Assembly: GCA_044892525.1 (NCBI GenBank)
Contig: CM097885.1
Coordinates: forward strand, 52,082,001-52,146,000
From: Schmidtea polychroa
Taxonomy: Eukaryota
Length of the DNA: 64,000 nucleotides
Reading direction: 5' to 3'
The translations under genes were made by a program, and so were the position numbers. The notes beneath the pieces were generated by a model. It did not search any database and was not told the origin of the DNA. It saw only the letters and a program-made list of their open reading frames with translations. Below, in pieces: positions 15,898 through 28,599 of the stretch. Every line of letters starts with the position of its first letter. Position 1 is the first letter of the stretch.

Positions 15898-15936
15898 GAG
15901 ATTGACAAGGACTATCGTATAGTCGAAAATTCTTTC
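15898..15936 (+). ncRNA. Variant minimal hammerhead (U3-A8 core), PLE family B
   Basis: GAGA-TTGACAA-G-GACTAT-CGT-ATAGTC-GAAA-AT-TC-TTTC: 6-bp stem II, AATT palindrome, 4-bp stem I with one G-U. Confidence 0.6.
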
Positions 15937-16167
15937 ATTAAATACATTATTTGCAGCAAAAGGCTTAAATTATCATTTTATTGTTTTAAATAATAAATGC
16001 TGCTACCAAGCAATCATCATTTTATATTATTATTACTATTATTATTAGTGATAATATTTAAATTCTGTTTTAAGACGGACAAATATGTATTGCTAAAGTA
16101 AGATCTTTTGAATAATATATCAATAAATTTATTATACTATTTTATTTTTATGTTTTTATAACTTCCC

Positions 16168-16285
<118 letters not shown>

Positions 16286-17423
16286 TATATATCAAATCTT
16301 TTTATTTATATATAAATTATCATTTATGACATAAATATACTTATATAATTACTTTTCAATATTTCAATATTTAAAGTGAACAAGAAAGGAAAGTCAACAT
16401 TTTCAAATTTTCAATTTGTATAAATATTTTGGATATAAATTAAAATAAAATATAACCACAAAATTTTTTGTACCAATTAGTTAATTAATCGATTCTCAAC
16501 TTTTTATATTAAATTAACATATAAATTCGTTTTTAGTTTTATTTAGATTAATTTGGACAATAATACTTAAAAGTTTTAAAGTCTGAGAAAGCAATTTTAT
16601 TAGTTTGATTACTTTCATATACTACGAACGAAAAAAAACACGAAATTCCAAAAAAAAACTGTCTCGACACAAAAAGCAAAAGATTATATAAAAGCTTTAA
16701 TTATGCTTCAATTTCATATGAATATTTTTCATTATATTTTAAGATTATTTTTTTAAATCATTTATAAAATAGAACAAACAATTTAATATTTAAATAACAT
16801 ATTTATATTAGATGTTAAATAAATAAATAAAAATCTTAAAGACTACTACAAATTTGTGTACACTATTCATTAAATTTGATTAAATGCAACATATGAAATA
16901 TACATTTTAATCATGAAACCCTCAAGGGTAGGGAAACTTTGTGAAAATCTTCAATTTATATTGCTCTTCAAAGCTTTACTTTGAATTTGTTAAAAATATT
17001 AATGTAATTAGCATTCTTTACTGCACTTTGAATAAATTAAATTATAAAAAATGTTGTGATAATTAATACAGATAATTTTAAAAATTTAGATAATACATAA
17101 AATGAAATATTACAAAAAATAAAATTATAGAATATATATTATGCAAAAAGTTAAAAATTCATTTAAACAAAACACATTTTACACCTAAACTTATCCCAGT
17201 AATAACAGAAGACGCATCAGAGGTGTCAACAATAATATTGAGGATACTCAAATATAATTATAATTTTAATATTTTGTTATATTTTCAATGAGGAAAAGAA
17301 TAAACAAGTTTACATATGCATATATAAAATTATTATTACAATAATTTATTACATTTTAAAATCTACATTAATTCAAAAAGTAACAAGACAATCTCAATTA
17401 ATTTTAACAACGGATTCTTTTAC

Positions 17424-17477
17424 CTAATGGTCCACAGAATAAAAATGATCGGTCTTTCGTGTCTTACTAAATTTCGT
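17424..17477 (-). CDS. Possible 54-nt internal exon of the minus-strand gene
   Basis: ttctgtag|A CGA AAT...ATT AG|gtaaaa; open in phase 2 to 2 and compatible with 14063. No recognisable motif. Confidence 0.3.
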   Translation of the reverse strand, partial: TKFSKTRKTDHFYSVDH

Positions 17478-18245
17478 CTACAGAATAAATGGAAAATCTT
17501 TGAAAAACATTAAACGAGCAAATGAACGATTTAAAATTTTATATTTATTTTGATGCCGAACATTTTGAAATAAGAAACCAAAGAGAAATGTGAATTAAAG
17601 TTGCGTTTAAAGAAAATTGAATAAAAGTATTTTAATTGTTAAATAAAAAGTGTTAATTATTAAAAATAAATTTTTTAAATAAAAAATGATTTAATAGATT
17701 TTGTTTAAATGATATTTTGTTTATTTGTATATTTATACTTTGACTTGATGAATATTTCTCGATATACATTGCTTGAAAGATTGTTCCTGACATGGATAAT
17801 TACTCAAAAGCCTAGTTCCTGGAATAATAATTTATCGAAAAAAAATTACGAAAACATATTTAAACAACTTTTCAGGTACATTTAATTATTTTGCATCTAT
17901 ATAAATTTATAAATAAATTTTCTTCATTATTTCGACCAATTTTGCTTTTGAAAATTTTTTCGCAACCCTTATATTATTATTAGAAATTGATGTATTAAAA
18001 TTTAAAAAAATATATGCATATATTATTTATTTTGAGTAGATTACAAAGTTTAGAATAAAATCTTTTTTTTATTTAATTAAAATAATCTTTATGTAAGTAA
18101 TTAAAATAAATTTTATGTTAGAGAAACGCTAATTTAAATTTCTAGTTGAATTAATATATAAACAAGTATTTATATTTTATTTGTGATAGTTTTTTTATTA
18201 ATCTTAAGAAAAATTTCGACCAATGGTGAAAATGGAAATTATATA

Positions 18246-18510
18246 TGTTACAGTTAAAGTATAAACTTAGACAATGTATACATTAATTCTCTAATTAAAT
18301 ATATATGTCCTTCCAGTATGCCATGTTGTAATACAGCATACTACCTAGATATAATATTCATTTTATTATTATTTTATTATTGTCTAAATATTTTACAACT
18401 AAAAATTTACTAGTGACTGTATCCTTTAACTGAATTTAAAACTTTACCTGTAATGTAAACTTTAACTAGTTAATGTATAAATTGTCTAAGTTTATACTTT
18501 AACTGTAACA
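18246..18510. mobile_element. MITE with TGT...ACA termini (Ginger-like)
   Basis: ~40-bp TIRs TGTTACAGTTAAAGTATAAACTTAGACAAT... / ...ATTGTCTAAGTTTATACTTTAACTGTAACA, flanked by TATA on both sides. Confidence 0.7.
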
Positions 18511-18619
18511 TATATAAAGAATAAAACATCTAAAGTGTCAAAAAATAAAAAAAAAGAAAATAGTGTACAATTTATAAAAATAGTTAAACATACACGGCAA
18601 TGATTTAATTATAAAATAA

Positions 18620-19181
18620 CGCCAATCAAACATTCTTTCCACGATATATTTCGACAATTTTCCTGTCATCATCAGTTGGGATATAATAACTATACAAGTT
18701 AAGGATTTTAAACAAATTTATTAATTATATATAAAAAAATTTTTTTATTTAATAAAAACATTTAATTATTTTTAAAAGATTATAATTAAATTAATATATT
18801 ATTTTTTAAAATTTTAGCATTCAAAATTTTATTTAATAATTTAAAAATTTTATTAATTATTTAATTTAATACAATAATCAATGCATACAATATACAAAAA
18901 AAATTATTTAAAAACACTCAAAACACAAGTATTTACTGCATTCTGCACATTTATTTTCGGATTCAATGACTTTATCAACAACGCCTCACAAATTACACGT
19001 TCCCAATAATTATCGAAATTTTTTAATAAAATTTTAAAATCAGACATAACTATTTTAATCTAACAGCCCTTATTGTGCTCACTAATATGGGTAAAAGCCT
19101 TCGGTCTATAATGTTCTCCAGCTCGAATACAGAGATGACGGGAAGTCTCTCCAATGTATGTGGCATTACACCCATTACATG
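18620..19181 (-). mobile_element. Penelope-like 3' end (family A): GIY-YIG remnant plus pLTR, interrupted by the Gypsy insertion
   Basis: Minus strand TCNGCNATYIGETSRHLCIRAGEH...ERVICEALLIKSLNPKIN, then an AT-rich UTR and a hammerhead. Sequence breaks at the Gypsy LTR start. Confidence 0.85.
18639..18679 (-). ncRNA. Minimal hammerhead ribozyme (PLE family A)
   Basis: CCAA-CTGATGA-T-GACAG-GAAAA-TTGTC-GAAA-TATA-TC-GTGG. Confidence 0.75.
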
Positions 19182-19498
19182 TGTGAGGAGTTAAAATTAA
19201 AATACTAAATTAAATTAGTTCATGATTAAAATTTGTAAAATTTTAATTGAAACTTAAATTATTTTAAGATATTAAAATTGAAATGATAATTGAAATTTTA
19301 AAATAAAATAATCTTTAATAAAATTGAAATTTAAGTATGAATGCGATGGTATGTTGATATTTGGTTGAAATTAAAATTGTAAAAATGTCCCAAGAATATT
19401 TGTTTATATAATCAGATTTAATGAAATATAATTTTGGATTTAATAGTCTTAGTAATTTATTTTGATGACAGAAGAATTAAATGTTATAGCTTCTAACA
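19182..19498 (+). repeat. 5' LTR of the Gypsy element
   Basis: TGTGAGGAG...CTTCTAACA (7/9 inverted termini), immediately followed by PBS-like TGGCGACC at 19499. No partner LTR in the window. Confidence 0.7.
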
Positions 19499-20583
19499 TG
19501 GCGACCATTCCAACGGATCTGCTTATTGGAAGATTACTTCCCGAAAAATTCCACAGAGGAGATGACCTCGAATTATTTATCAAAGAATGTCAGAGGTTCT
19601 TTGAAATAACGAAGACACCAGTGAAGACACAAATGGTACTAGTTATTACACTTCTGGACAGGACCTTGATTGAAGAATATGAAACCGCAGAAGGTAAAAC
19701 CGTTGAACAGAAATTAAGAGCAGCTTTTCATCGACCAACGTCATTGATTAATGACTTAAGAGAAGCCTTGAACTACGAGCAAGGTAACGAATCAGCGGAA
19801 ATATTTATAGAGAAAATATCAAAAATGACTAAAAAATTGGCCTCACACACTTGGAATGAGGAAGAAATTCAGAAATGTTTATTGACACATTATGTAAAAG
19901 ATAAAGAAGTCAGGAAAGAAATCGAAATGAAAGATCTCAAAACGGCGGAACAAATTAAAGAAACTATAAAGAAGATAGAAAAAGTTAACAAGGTTATTGA
20001 ACAAGTAAACACGGTGAGATCAATACGACCTACAACTGGGGGAAGAACTTATAGAGATGTAGTACAAGTTGGAGCCACGAAAAGAAAAATCAACGAATGG
20101 AAACCAGAGACAAGAATTAAAGTGATAGAATGCTGGACGTGTCAAAAACCGGGACACAGTAGCAGAGAATGTAATATAAAAAGAAGATTTCAATGTTATG
20201 CATGTGGTGTTGAAGGTCACATACGAAGAGAATGCCCAACAATCAAATGTCATAGATGCAATGCACGAGGACACAAAGAAAGAGAGTGCTACACAAATAT
20301 GGAAAGACGAAATCAAGGAAGAGATCGAGACCAAAGGAAGATATCAGGAGGAAGAATTCAAAGAAATACCTATCAACAAAGGGAAGATATGTATCAATCA
20401 AGGAACGTACATCAAAGACAATGGGGAAACCAACAATATAACAGAAAAGATATCGCAGCTATCGAGTCTGATGATGAGATAATGAATACAAAACAGTCAA
20501 GCCAGCCAGACGAGTATAACAGGGAGAATGACCCAAACGAGCACGCTCCGTCAAACGGGACATTGATCGGAGCAATTTACTAA
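19498..20583 (+). CDS. gag: Gypsy Gag with three CCHC zinc knuckles
   Basis: CWTCQKPGHSSREC, CYACGVEGHIRREC, CHRCNARGHKEREC; uninterrupted ORF. Confidence 0.9.
   Translation: MATIPTDLLIGRLLPEKFHRGDDLELFIKECQRFFEITKTPVKTQMVLVITLLDRTLIEEYETAEGKTVEQKLRAAFHRPTSLINDLREALNYEQGNESAEIFIEKISKMTKKLASHTWNEEEIQKCLLTHYVKDKEVRKEIEMKDLKTAEQIKETIKKIEKVNKVIEQVNTVRSIRPTTGGRTYRDVVQVGATKRKINEWKPETRIKVIECWTCQKPGHSSRECNIKRRFQCYACGVEGHIRRECPTIKCHRCNARGHKERECYTNMERRNQGRDRDQRKISGGRIQRNTYQQREDMYQSRNVHQRQWGNQQYNRKDIAAIESDDEIMNTKQSSQPDEYNRENDPNEHAPSNGTLIGAIY
20532..20573 (+). promoter_or_regulatory. Candidate -1 ribosomal frameshift signal (gag-pol)
   Basis: C CCA AAC heptamer in the gag frame, 6-nt spacer, hairpin GCTCCG-TCAA...TTGA-T-CGGAGC. 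The -1 (pol) frame opens at 20532. Confidence 0.75.
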
Positions 20584-20606
20584 GTAATATTGATTTCAAC
20601 CAAAGA

Positions 20607-23600
20607 ATGAATGCTAACGGTATGTGTAATTTTAGTATGTATGATGATTGTATGATTGATAAAGATTGTAGTGTTTTTGAACGTGATATTAATAATAATA
20701 GTAGTGTAGAAATCAAAAAGTCGAATGATAAGGAAATTCAGAAAAAATTTAAAGAGGAGTGTAAAGTAAATGAATTAGTAAAACACGAGGAAAGAACTAT
20801 AGAGAAAATTTACAAATTCCTCAAGAAAAATGGAGACGTGTGTATTAATGAAATTGTAGAAGATACTAGAGAGCAGAATATTTTGTCAGTAAAAGAACAA
20901 AAAAGGCCAGTAATAACATATAATATAATGCAAGGTAGACCGAGTACAACACTGGATATCCAAGGGCGGAAAGTAGATTGTTTATTGGATACAGGAGCGC
21001 GAATTAACGTGATGGCTAAATCTGTAATTGATCGATTAGAAAATATCGAAATATTAGAAACAAGGGAATCGCTAAGATGTGCAAACAACAGTAGATTAGA
21101 AACTATGGGTAAAATAAACATCAATGTTAAAATGGGCAGTATTGAAAGAAATGTAACATTCATTATAGTAAAGAATTTAATACCAGAAATTATTGGAGGA
21201 GTAGAACTACAAAGGTTATTTGGTATAGAATTGAAATGTATACTAGAAGAACATGAAAAACGTAGTGATTTCATTTGCGAAATAGAAGCTAGATTTGGGC
21301 GGATTATAACAGATGAAGAAAGATTACGTCATGCCATCGACGTTTTAAAGGTTACCGGAAATAAGAGACTGTTAGAAATATTTCAGGCAAACAAGAATGT
21401 TTTTATGGCAGATAAATGGGACATTGGGTGTACCAATCTGATAAAACATAAGATCATCACGAAAGGAGAGCCAATAATGATTAAACCGAGACGTCAGCCA
21501 ATAAATTTGGAAGACAAGATTGAGGAAGCAATAAAAAATCTAGAAAACAACGGAATAATTAGGAAGTGTAATTCACCGTGGAACACACCTTTAGTTTGTG
21601 TATGGAAGAAAGAGAAAAAAGACATCAGGCTTTGTCTAGACTTCAGACAATTAAACAAGATAACAGAAAGACAAGCATTTCCAATGCCAAATGTAGATGA
21701 AATTTTAGACATCCTACACGGATCCAGATATTTTAGCTCAATCAACTTGGGAAATGCTTATTACCAAGTGAAGTTAGATAAAGAATCTCAAGAGAAAACA
21801 GCATTCTCAACAAAAGAAGGACAGTTCTGTTTTAACAGGATGCCATTCGGTATTGCAGCGGCACCAGGAAGATTTCAAGAATTAATGAAGAAAGTATTGA
21901 AAGATTTGTGGAAAGATGGAGTGATGGTATATTTAGACGACATCCTAATATTCACAAAGACAGAAGAAGACCATTATAACATATTTGGAAAAGTCCTAGG
22001 GAAGATCGCAACAGCAGGACTAAGATTGAACCCCGAAAAATGTCAAATATTTAGAAAAGAAGTGAGGTTTCTGGGACACATAATAAATAAAGACGGCATA
22101 CAAACAGATAATACTAAGATAGAAGCAATACAATCATTTCAAAAGCCAAAATGTGTAAAGAACCTGAGGAGCTTTCTGGGTATCTGTAACTGTTATCGAC
22201 GGTTCATAAAAGACTATGCAAAGAAGGCAAGAGCACTAGAAAGCATATGCGGAAAAAACAATGAGAAAATAAGATGGACAGAGATGTGTGAAAAGGCTTT
22301 CGGGGAAATTAAACAAGCATTGATAACCGCCCCAGTTGGTATTTCCAGATTTCAGAAAAGAATTTATATTAGACACAGACGCGAGCTTCGATACTATTGG
22401 AGCAGTTCTTTCGCAAAAGGATGAAAAAGGACATGAACATGTCATTGCATATGGTTCACATGCGATGAGCAGCCACGAAAAAGGATACTGCATTACCAGA
22501 AAAGAATTATTGGCAATATACTATTTTTGTAAACATTTCAACCATTACTTATATGGTAAGAGATTCGTACTGAGAACGGACCATAAAGCTATTACGTTTA
22601 TGGTAACAACGAAGAAACCAATAACTGCTCAATTCCAGACATGGATCAACTATTTAAGCAGCCTGGATATTAAAATGGAATACAGGAAAGGAACAAGCCA
22701 TACAAACGCGGATATGCTATCCAGGAAAACATGCGGAACATGTGTACAGTGTATGATGGAACACGAAGACCCAAAAACCGGCAAAATTAAAACCAGAATA
22801 TTAACAGTAACAGCAGAAGGTGGATATAACAAGTGGCAAAATGACAATATGGAGGTCCAAGAAATAAAGAATAAGTTAGAAAATAAAGATTGTAAGTTCA
22901 TAATGGAAAACAACACGGTACTAACTAAGCAAGGTAAAATATGGATACCGTCAGATAATAGACAGAGGATGATAAAAGAAGTACACGTATTGCTGTGCCA
23001 TGCAGGTGCACAGAAAGTAACGAAATATATCCAGAATAACTGCGACATGGAAAATTTAGCAACGGAAGTAAAAAAGGTAATTGAGAACTGCGAAAGATGT
23101 CAGAAAATGAAAACGATAACAACCAAGACAAAGGAGGAAACTCAAGCAATAAAGAATACTGAACCATTCGAGAAGATATATATGGATATATGTGGGCCAT
23201 TGAAAGAAACGTTCAACAAAAAGAAATATATTTGCGGAATCATTGACCACTATAGTAAATACATCTCATTAACGGCCATAAACAAGCAAGACGAAAAACA
23301 ATTAGTAAATTAGTAAATAAATGGATATTAAAGTTTGGAGCTCCAAAAGAACTTCATGTAGATTGTGGGAAGAACTTTGAAGCAAGAAGTATAAAAGAAC
23401 TAGCAAAGGCAGCTGGCATTGAATTAATTTTCTCAAGCCCATATCACCATAACACGAATGGTATTATTGAAAGACAATTCAGAACAATCAGAGAGTATAT
23501 TAACGCGTCATTGAATGAAGGAGGAAGGAAAAACTGGGCTGATATAGTGCCAGAAATAGAATATACTTTAAATGCAACAGTTCAAAAAACAACGGGAGTA

Positions 23601-23725
23601 AGCCCAGCAGAGATTATATTTGGGAGGAAAATCGACAGAATGAAATGGTACTCGAATAAAGAAATAAATAGAGAAGATATGGAAAAGAGAATAGAGGATA
23701 AAACACTAAAACCAAAAATAAGCAA
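20607..23725 (+). pseudogene. pol: Gypsy Pol (protease, RT, RNase H, integrase), frameshifted near 22336 and 23300
   Basis: LLDTGA; LCLDFRQLN, MPFG, YLDD; DTDAS...ELLAI...TDH; HHCC zinc finger, DICGP, HVDCG, NGIIERQF. Split over ORFs 20607-22424, 22336-23313 and 23511-23804. Confidence 0.92.
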
Positions 23726-24725
23726 AGCTGATAAACTGATAAACGAAATTGGAACACAAATTAAAAAATATTTTATTAAAAAAAATGTATTACTGATTTT
23801 TTAATGTAAAATTCTATTAAAACATTTTTTTATAATAAATTAAATTAGTACAATTAAATTTTTTAGATGATCTGATCAATACTAAAATTAAATAATTAAT
23901 TTTGATTTGTTAAAACTGAAATAATAATAAATTGGGCCTTTTAATATGAAAATTAGTGAAATAGAATCCTTATAACAATAATATTCATATTATTAGAACT
24001 TCTTTTGACTTTCATTATATTTATTAAAAAAATTGACCATGAATAATTAAAGATATCGATGTACTGTTGATATTCATGAATTTAATGCCTTTTTTCAAGT
24101 GATTTTGATCCTGTATAAAAGGATGTTTTCTTGGTAGAAGAATAAATTAAATGTTAAGCAAGAAAATGATAAGAGGAGCCTTTGCTGCAAAATATGCATT
24201 ATATTACATGAAAAAATGTAATACATAATTTGCTGCAAGGGCTTATTTTATCGTTTACTGTTTAATAGTGTTCATGTTAACATTGATTATATGTCTACAA
24301 AACGTTAATTGAAATCAATAAATGAAAGTTAACAAAAATTTAATTAATTCAAACAATAATTGCAAATACAAAGAAAACGAATAAATAAACAATTATTAAT
24401 ATTTTTAGAGAATAAGAATATCCGTTTTTTCCTGGATGGCATAATAAATCAATTAATTAATTGGGAAATTACTGCATTCGATTCATTTCAGACATTCTGT
24501 GAAAACTCTCCAGATAAAATTTCTTTCAATAAAAATTATTACGAAACAAAGATCTTTGAATTTTATTCAATAAAAAAACTATTGACAAAATTAGAATTTA
24601 TTTATTTAATTGTATTATTTTAATTCATTTACAATTAAAATTTTTTTTTAAAATTACTTGACAAAAATAAATAAAAATAATTAAAATTATAATTATAATT
24701 TTATTTATTTTATATATTCATGGAA

Positions 24726-25065
24726 AGTAGATAGTTAGTAGCCTACTGGAACAGACCATCTGGCGTTCTCCCCCCCCCCCCCCCCCCGCCTTACTAGAAA
24801 AAAATCTATACGGCCAAGGAGACCCCCAAATCCAGAAACCAAAATGACCCTCTCACTATAGTTTGAAAAAATATACTGTAGCTCCTTAGAGCAGTGGCTT
24901 TTTTAGAGAGGTCGGATTTTGTGTACAAAAGTTTCCAATGGTCCAAAGAGCCCCTTAACTAAAGTGTGAATATGAAAAAATATAGTGTAGCCCTTTCGAG
25001 TAGTAAAAAAATATTTGGAAAAATATATTGGATGATCTACTCCAGACGGCTACTAACGACATACT
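24726..25065. mobile_element. Small non-autonomous element with AGTA termini and 6-bp TSD-like flanks (Polinton/Maverick-derived?)
   Basis: Left AGTAGATAGTTAGTAGCC, right GGCTACTAACGACATACT; flanks ATGGAA / GTGGAA; shares CCAAGGAGAC and CTCACTATAG motifs with 39557-40908. Confidence 0.6.
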
Positions 25066-26662
25066 GTGGAAAATCAATTTATTATTTAAAATTTGTTTTA
25101 GAATAAATGTTTTTTAAAAAATTGTTTTATATATATATCACATATAATAAACTACCCAACGTATATTGAATCACAACATATTTGTCTCTCAACACAAAAT
25201 AATTAATGACCAAAATTTTATGAGTTTGACCGATCCTCCGCTTGGTTTTGATGCTTTGTAAAAATCTTTATTAACATTCAACTTGTTATTATCCTTGATT
25301 CTAACAATAAGTTTCACTGCGCTTTGAACACCGCCCAGTCTCATTCTTTTTCTTAAAATCCTTATCTGGAACAAATGCCAGTTTGTTCTCATTCCTTTTA
25401 TACTTCAAATCTGGATGACAAATGGTTATTACCGAGCCAATCTCTCTCCTGACATTCGACTCTACATCTCTGCTTCGGCTGTCACCCGGAATGGTTAAAC
25501 GAACACAAATAATTATTAGCATTAATGTATTATCTTTTCTTGGTCTTCTCCCATTAATCATAGTGACAAGATAATGGGTCCCAAAATTTCCTTCTGTTTG
25601 ATTTTCCCTTTGTTTATCCAGCTCGGTATTTCTTTCTACTCGCTAATTAATTAGTTAATTAATTAATATCGTTTTCTTGTTTTTTAGCTATTACGCACAT
25701 TTTATCAGTCTTCCTGGCACTTTCTGAAAATTCCGTTATCACCATGTTATTCCTCACTACTTACTCCACCAATGACCAATTTTTCAGATTTTACTTCGAT
25801 TATTTGAATCTTTTATCGATTTTTCACAATTCACATCTTTGTGCTTTTCACCTATAATGATACACCTTCTCGAACTTTTGTTATCTTTTTATTTCTTTAC
25901 ACTATCGATTCTCTCACCTACCAGACTTTCACATCTCTCCTTCCTTTTATTCTAAATATAATTAATTTTGATTTTGATTATTTTATAACCCCAACAGTCT
26001 AGATTCTAGAAAGAATTATTGAGAGCAAAGAAACTAAACTAAACTAAAATTTAGTAAATTATCTGAAACAATTTAACTATATCATTTCAAACCAAGTTCT
26101 CAATTTATTAATAAAATAATAAAAACAGTGTATTTAGTTGGTTACACCGTAAATTCAGACGAGGTTTTTAATGAATTTTTAGTAAAAAATACAACTCACT
26201 GTCAAACAATGTTCAAAAACACAGAATTCCGCATTATCAAAGATATTTAAACAAAATTAGTATTAATGAAATACTTTTATTTGAGAGACAAAAGATGATT
26301 TGAATGTATTTTACTTTTATCGGAAAAAGATTTTATTCAAATATTGTAAAGAAATTGAAAGAAATAAAACTATTTAATAAAAATATATATAAATTAATTG
26401 TCACAAATAGATCGAATAAAGTGAAATAATTTTGTTTTTCCATGAAAAAAAAGAAAATAATATTAGGTACCATAAAACATTTGATGTAATGAAAATAAAA
26501 ATATTCTTAAAAATAAAATTTTATTCTAGAAAATTAATTATTGAAAAATTTGCAAAAACGTTGAACTTTTTAATACCACAATTCGACCAAGTCCCTCAAG
26601 GTCAGCATCAGTAAACATCTTTATCCTCTTTGACATTAAAAGTGAGATAAAAGTAAAAACTC

Positions 26663-26735
<73 letters not shown>

Positions 26736-26925
26736 ATAGCTTCCCTCTATGATAGTGAACAAAACATATTACAACGGCAGTAATATATATTACATTAGTA
26801 AAAAACAATAGTATTAACTGTAATTAGAGATTACATTCCAAATTATTATAAAATAATTTATTTTTAAAGAAAAATATACAGTTGATAATTAAAATGTACA
26901 CATAGGCCTCGCTTTGTGTCAAATA

Positions 26926-27568
26926 TAATGTGACCAGACGTCCCACTTTTGGCAGGACAGTCCCGATTTTTCACGATTTATCCCACGTCCCGTCATGTTT
27001 TTCAAAAGTCCCGACTTTTATAATTAAGTTAAATTTTATATTTATGAAAATCATTGTTTTGTATTCAAAAAATCCTATGGACTACTAAAACTAACATATT
27101 GCTTTTCTTACCCAGTTACATTGTAGTGGTTTCTAAGAGGATACACGTCGTGTTCGTACTGCATGCTAGGAAGCTAATTAAACAAATAAATATTACAAAT
27201 CTGCTACTTACCATAGAAAATTAAGGTAAGTAATTTATTTATATATTTCATAAATACTTAAATTTTCTTAAATTTAGCTTAAAATACTCGTAGTCTTCAA
27301 TTTTATATTGATAACAAAAAGTATATAACTGACCCTAATCTTAAAAGAAATTTTAGAAAGAAATATAAAAATAAAATTTTGCAAATATTTCAGTTAATCA
27401 AACTAATAATATGTCAAAGAATAAAATATTATACAATTTTTTATATTTATAAATTGTACTTATGTTAAAAATCAGAAAATATTACCATATTATTTTTATT
27501 CTATATGAAAATTTTTGTTGATACCCCCCTCCTTCAAAGTTGTCCCACTTAAAAATCTGGTCACCTTA
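26926..27568. mobile_element. hAT-type MITE
   Basis: TIR TAATGTGACCAGA / TCTGGTCACCTTA, subterminal GTCCC repeats, 8-bp flanks GTCAAATA / ATCAAATA. Confidence 0.75.
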
Positions 27569-28599
27569 ATCAAATATGAATTTTGCGCAGTAAGAATATT
27601 AATTAATTGTGATCTTAAAATTTAATGAAAATGGCAAATCCATTTTGAAATTTATCTAATATGAAAATAAAAGTTTATTGGTATTAATTAAAGTTGCAAA
27701 AAACGAAAAATAAAGTTTCATAAAAACAAACTGCAAGAAAAACAACTAAATAAATCGATAATTTGACAAATTTCAAGACAACTCATAATAAATAATTGAT
27801 ACACAAATTTGGAAATTATTTACACAATTAATTGGTCAATATTAAAAAAAATTAATTATTTTTCTTTCAATCTGGATTTAAAGATCTTTGATAATTACAA
27901 TGGATAATGATTAAAACAGATATAATTAAAACAATTTTTTAATTAATTTGAATTCATTTTAAAAAAAATATTGAGAAATAATGAAATTTTTTAAAGAATT
28001 ATTTTTATATATTTTTTCTTTATTAATATTTTAATTACGTTCTTGTTTTTTAAATAATTCGATTATGATAAAAAATAATTTAATTTCCATATTTAATTTG
28101 CATTGCCAAGAAAGTATGATACATTTAATTGTATTTAATAGATAGTTTTATGATATTATCATTTTTATTATTATTATCAAATAAACAGTACAAGCTTTAT
28201 GATTATTATTATTTGTTATTATTATCATTGTAACATTATTATTTATTTCTCCTCTTTTTTATATTATAATAACAATTAATAATACGATATTTTCTTTTAA
28301 TTAAATAATGAAAAATTATTTAAATTATTTAACCAATCAACACCATAACAGCTGTTTCTAACCTCTGTTCAATCAAACCTCAGGAGTTCGGTGAGTTAGT
28401 CTCAAGGGTTAGCATAGGTCAATACACAAACACTACGTGCTCACCCCATTTGGAAGAAAGGTCCTAGTACAGAACAGCACTAATATGTGTGCTGCAGGGA
28501 AGTCAATTTGTATGTTATTTGTGATTTTCTTCCTAATCTTTCAATTCTTATTATAGGTGTCAGCATCTTCAATTCATGATTTTCAAATTAAACAATTCT

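Larger units (their letters stand above)
14827..16020 (-). mobile_element. 5'-truncated Penelope-like element (family B) with inverted pLTR
   Basis: GIY-YIG ORF followed by an AT-rich 3' region; ~225-bp inverted repeat (14827-15052 vs 15764-15989); second copy at 45820-46960. Confidence 0.85.
19182..23725 (+). mobile_element. Ty3/Gypsy LTR retrotransposon, 3'-truncated
   Basis: 5' LTR, PBS, gag and PR-RT-RH-IN domain order; integrase C-terminus and 3' LTR are absent. Confidence 0.93.

Noticed and set aside
25140..26145. Possible solo LTR on minus (starts TGTAACC) with short ORFs 25189-25561
   Set aside because: No matching CA end, TSD or partner copy found; the ORFs lack recognisable motifs.
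26733..26817. Apparent TM-encoding exon LILLFFTNVIYITAVVICFVHYHRGKLL on minus
   Set aside because: Phase 0 to 1 does not fit the gene model, the donor runs into (ATT)n, and AT-rich DNA readily yields hydrophobic peptides.
28350..28505. Possible U6 snRNA-like sequence (GCAGCACACATATTAG on minus)
   Set aside because: Similarity is limited to about 10 nt and the ACAGAGA box is absent.
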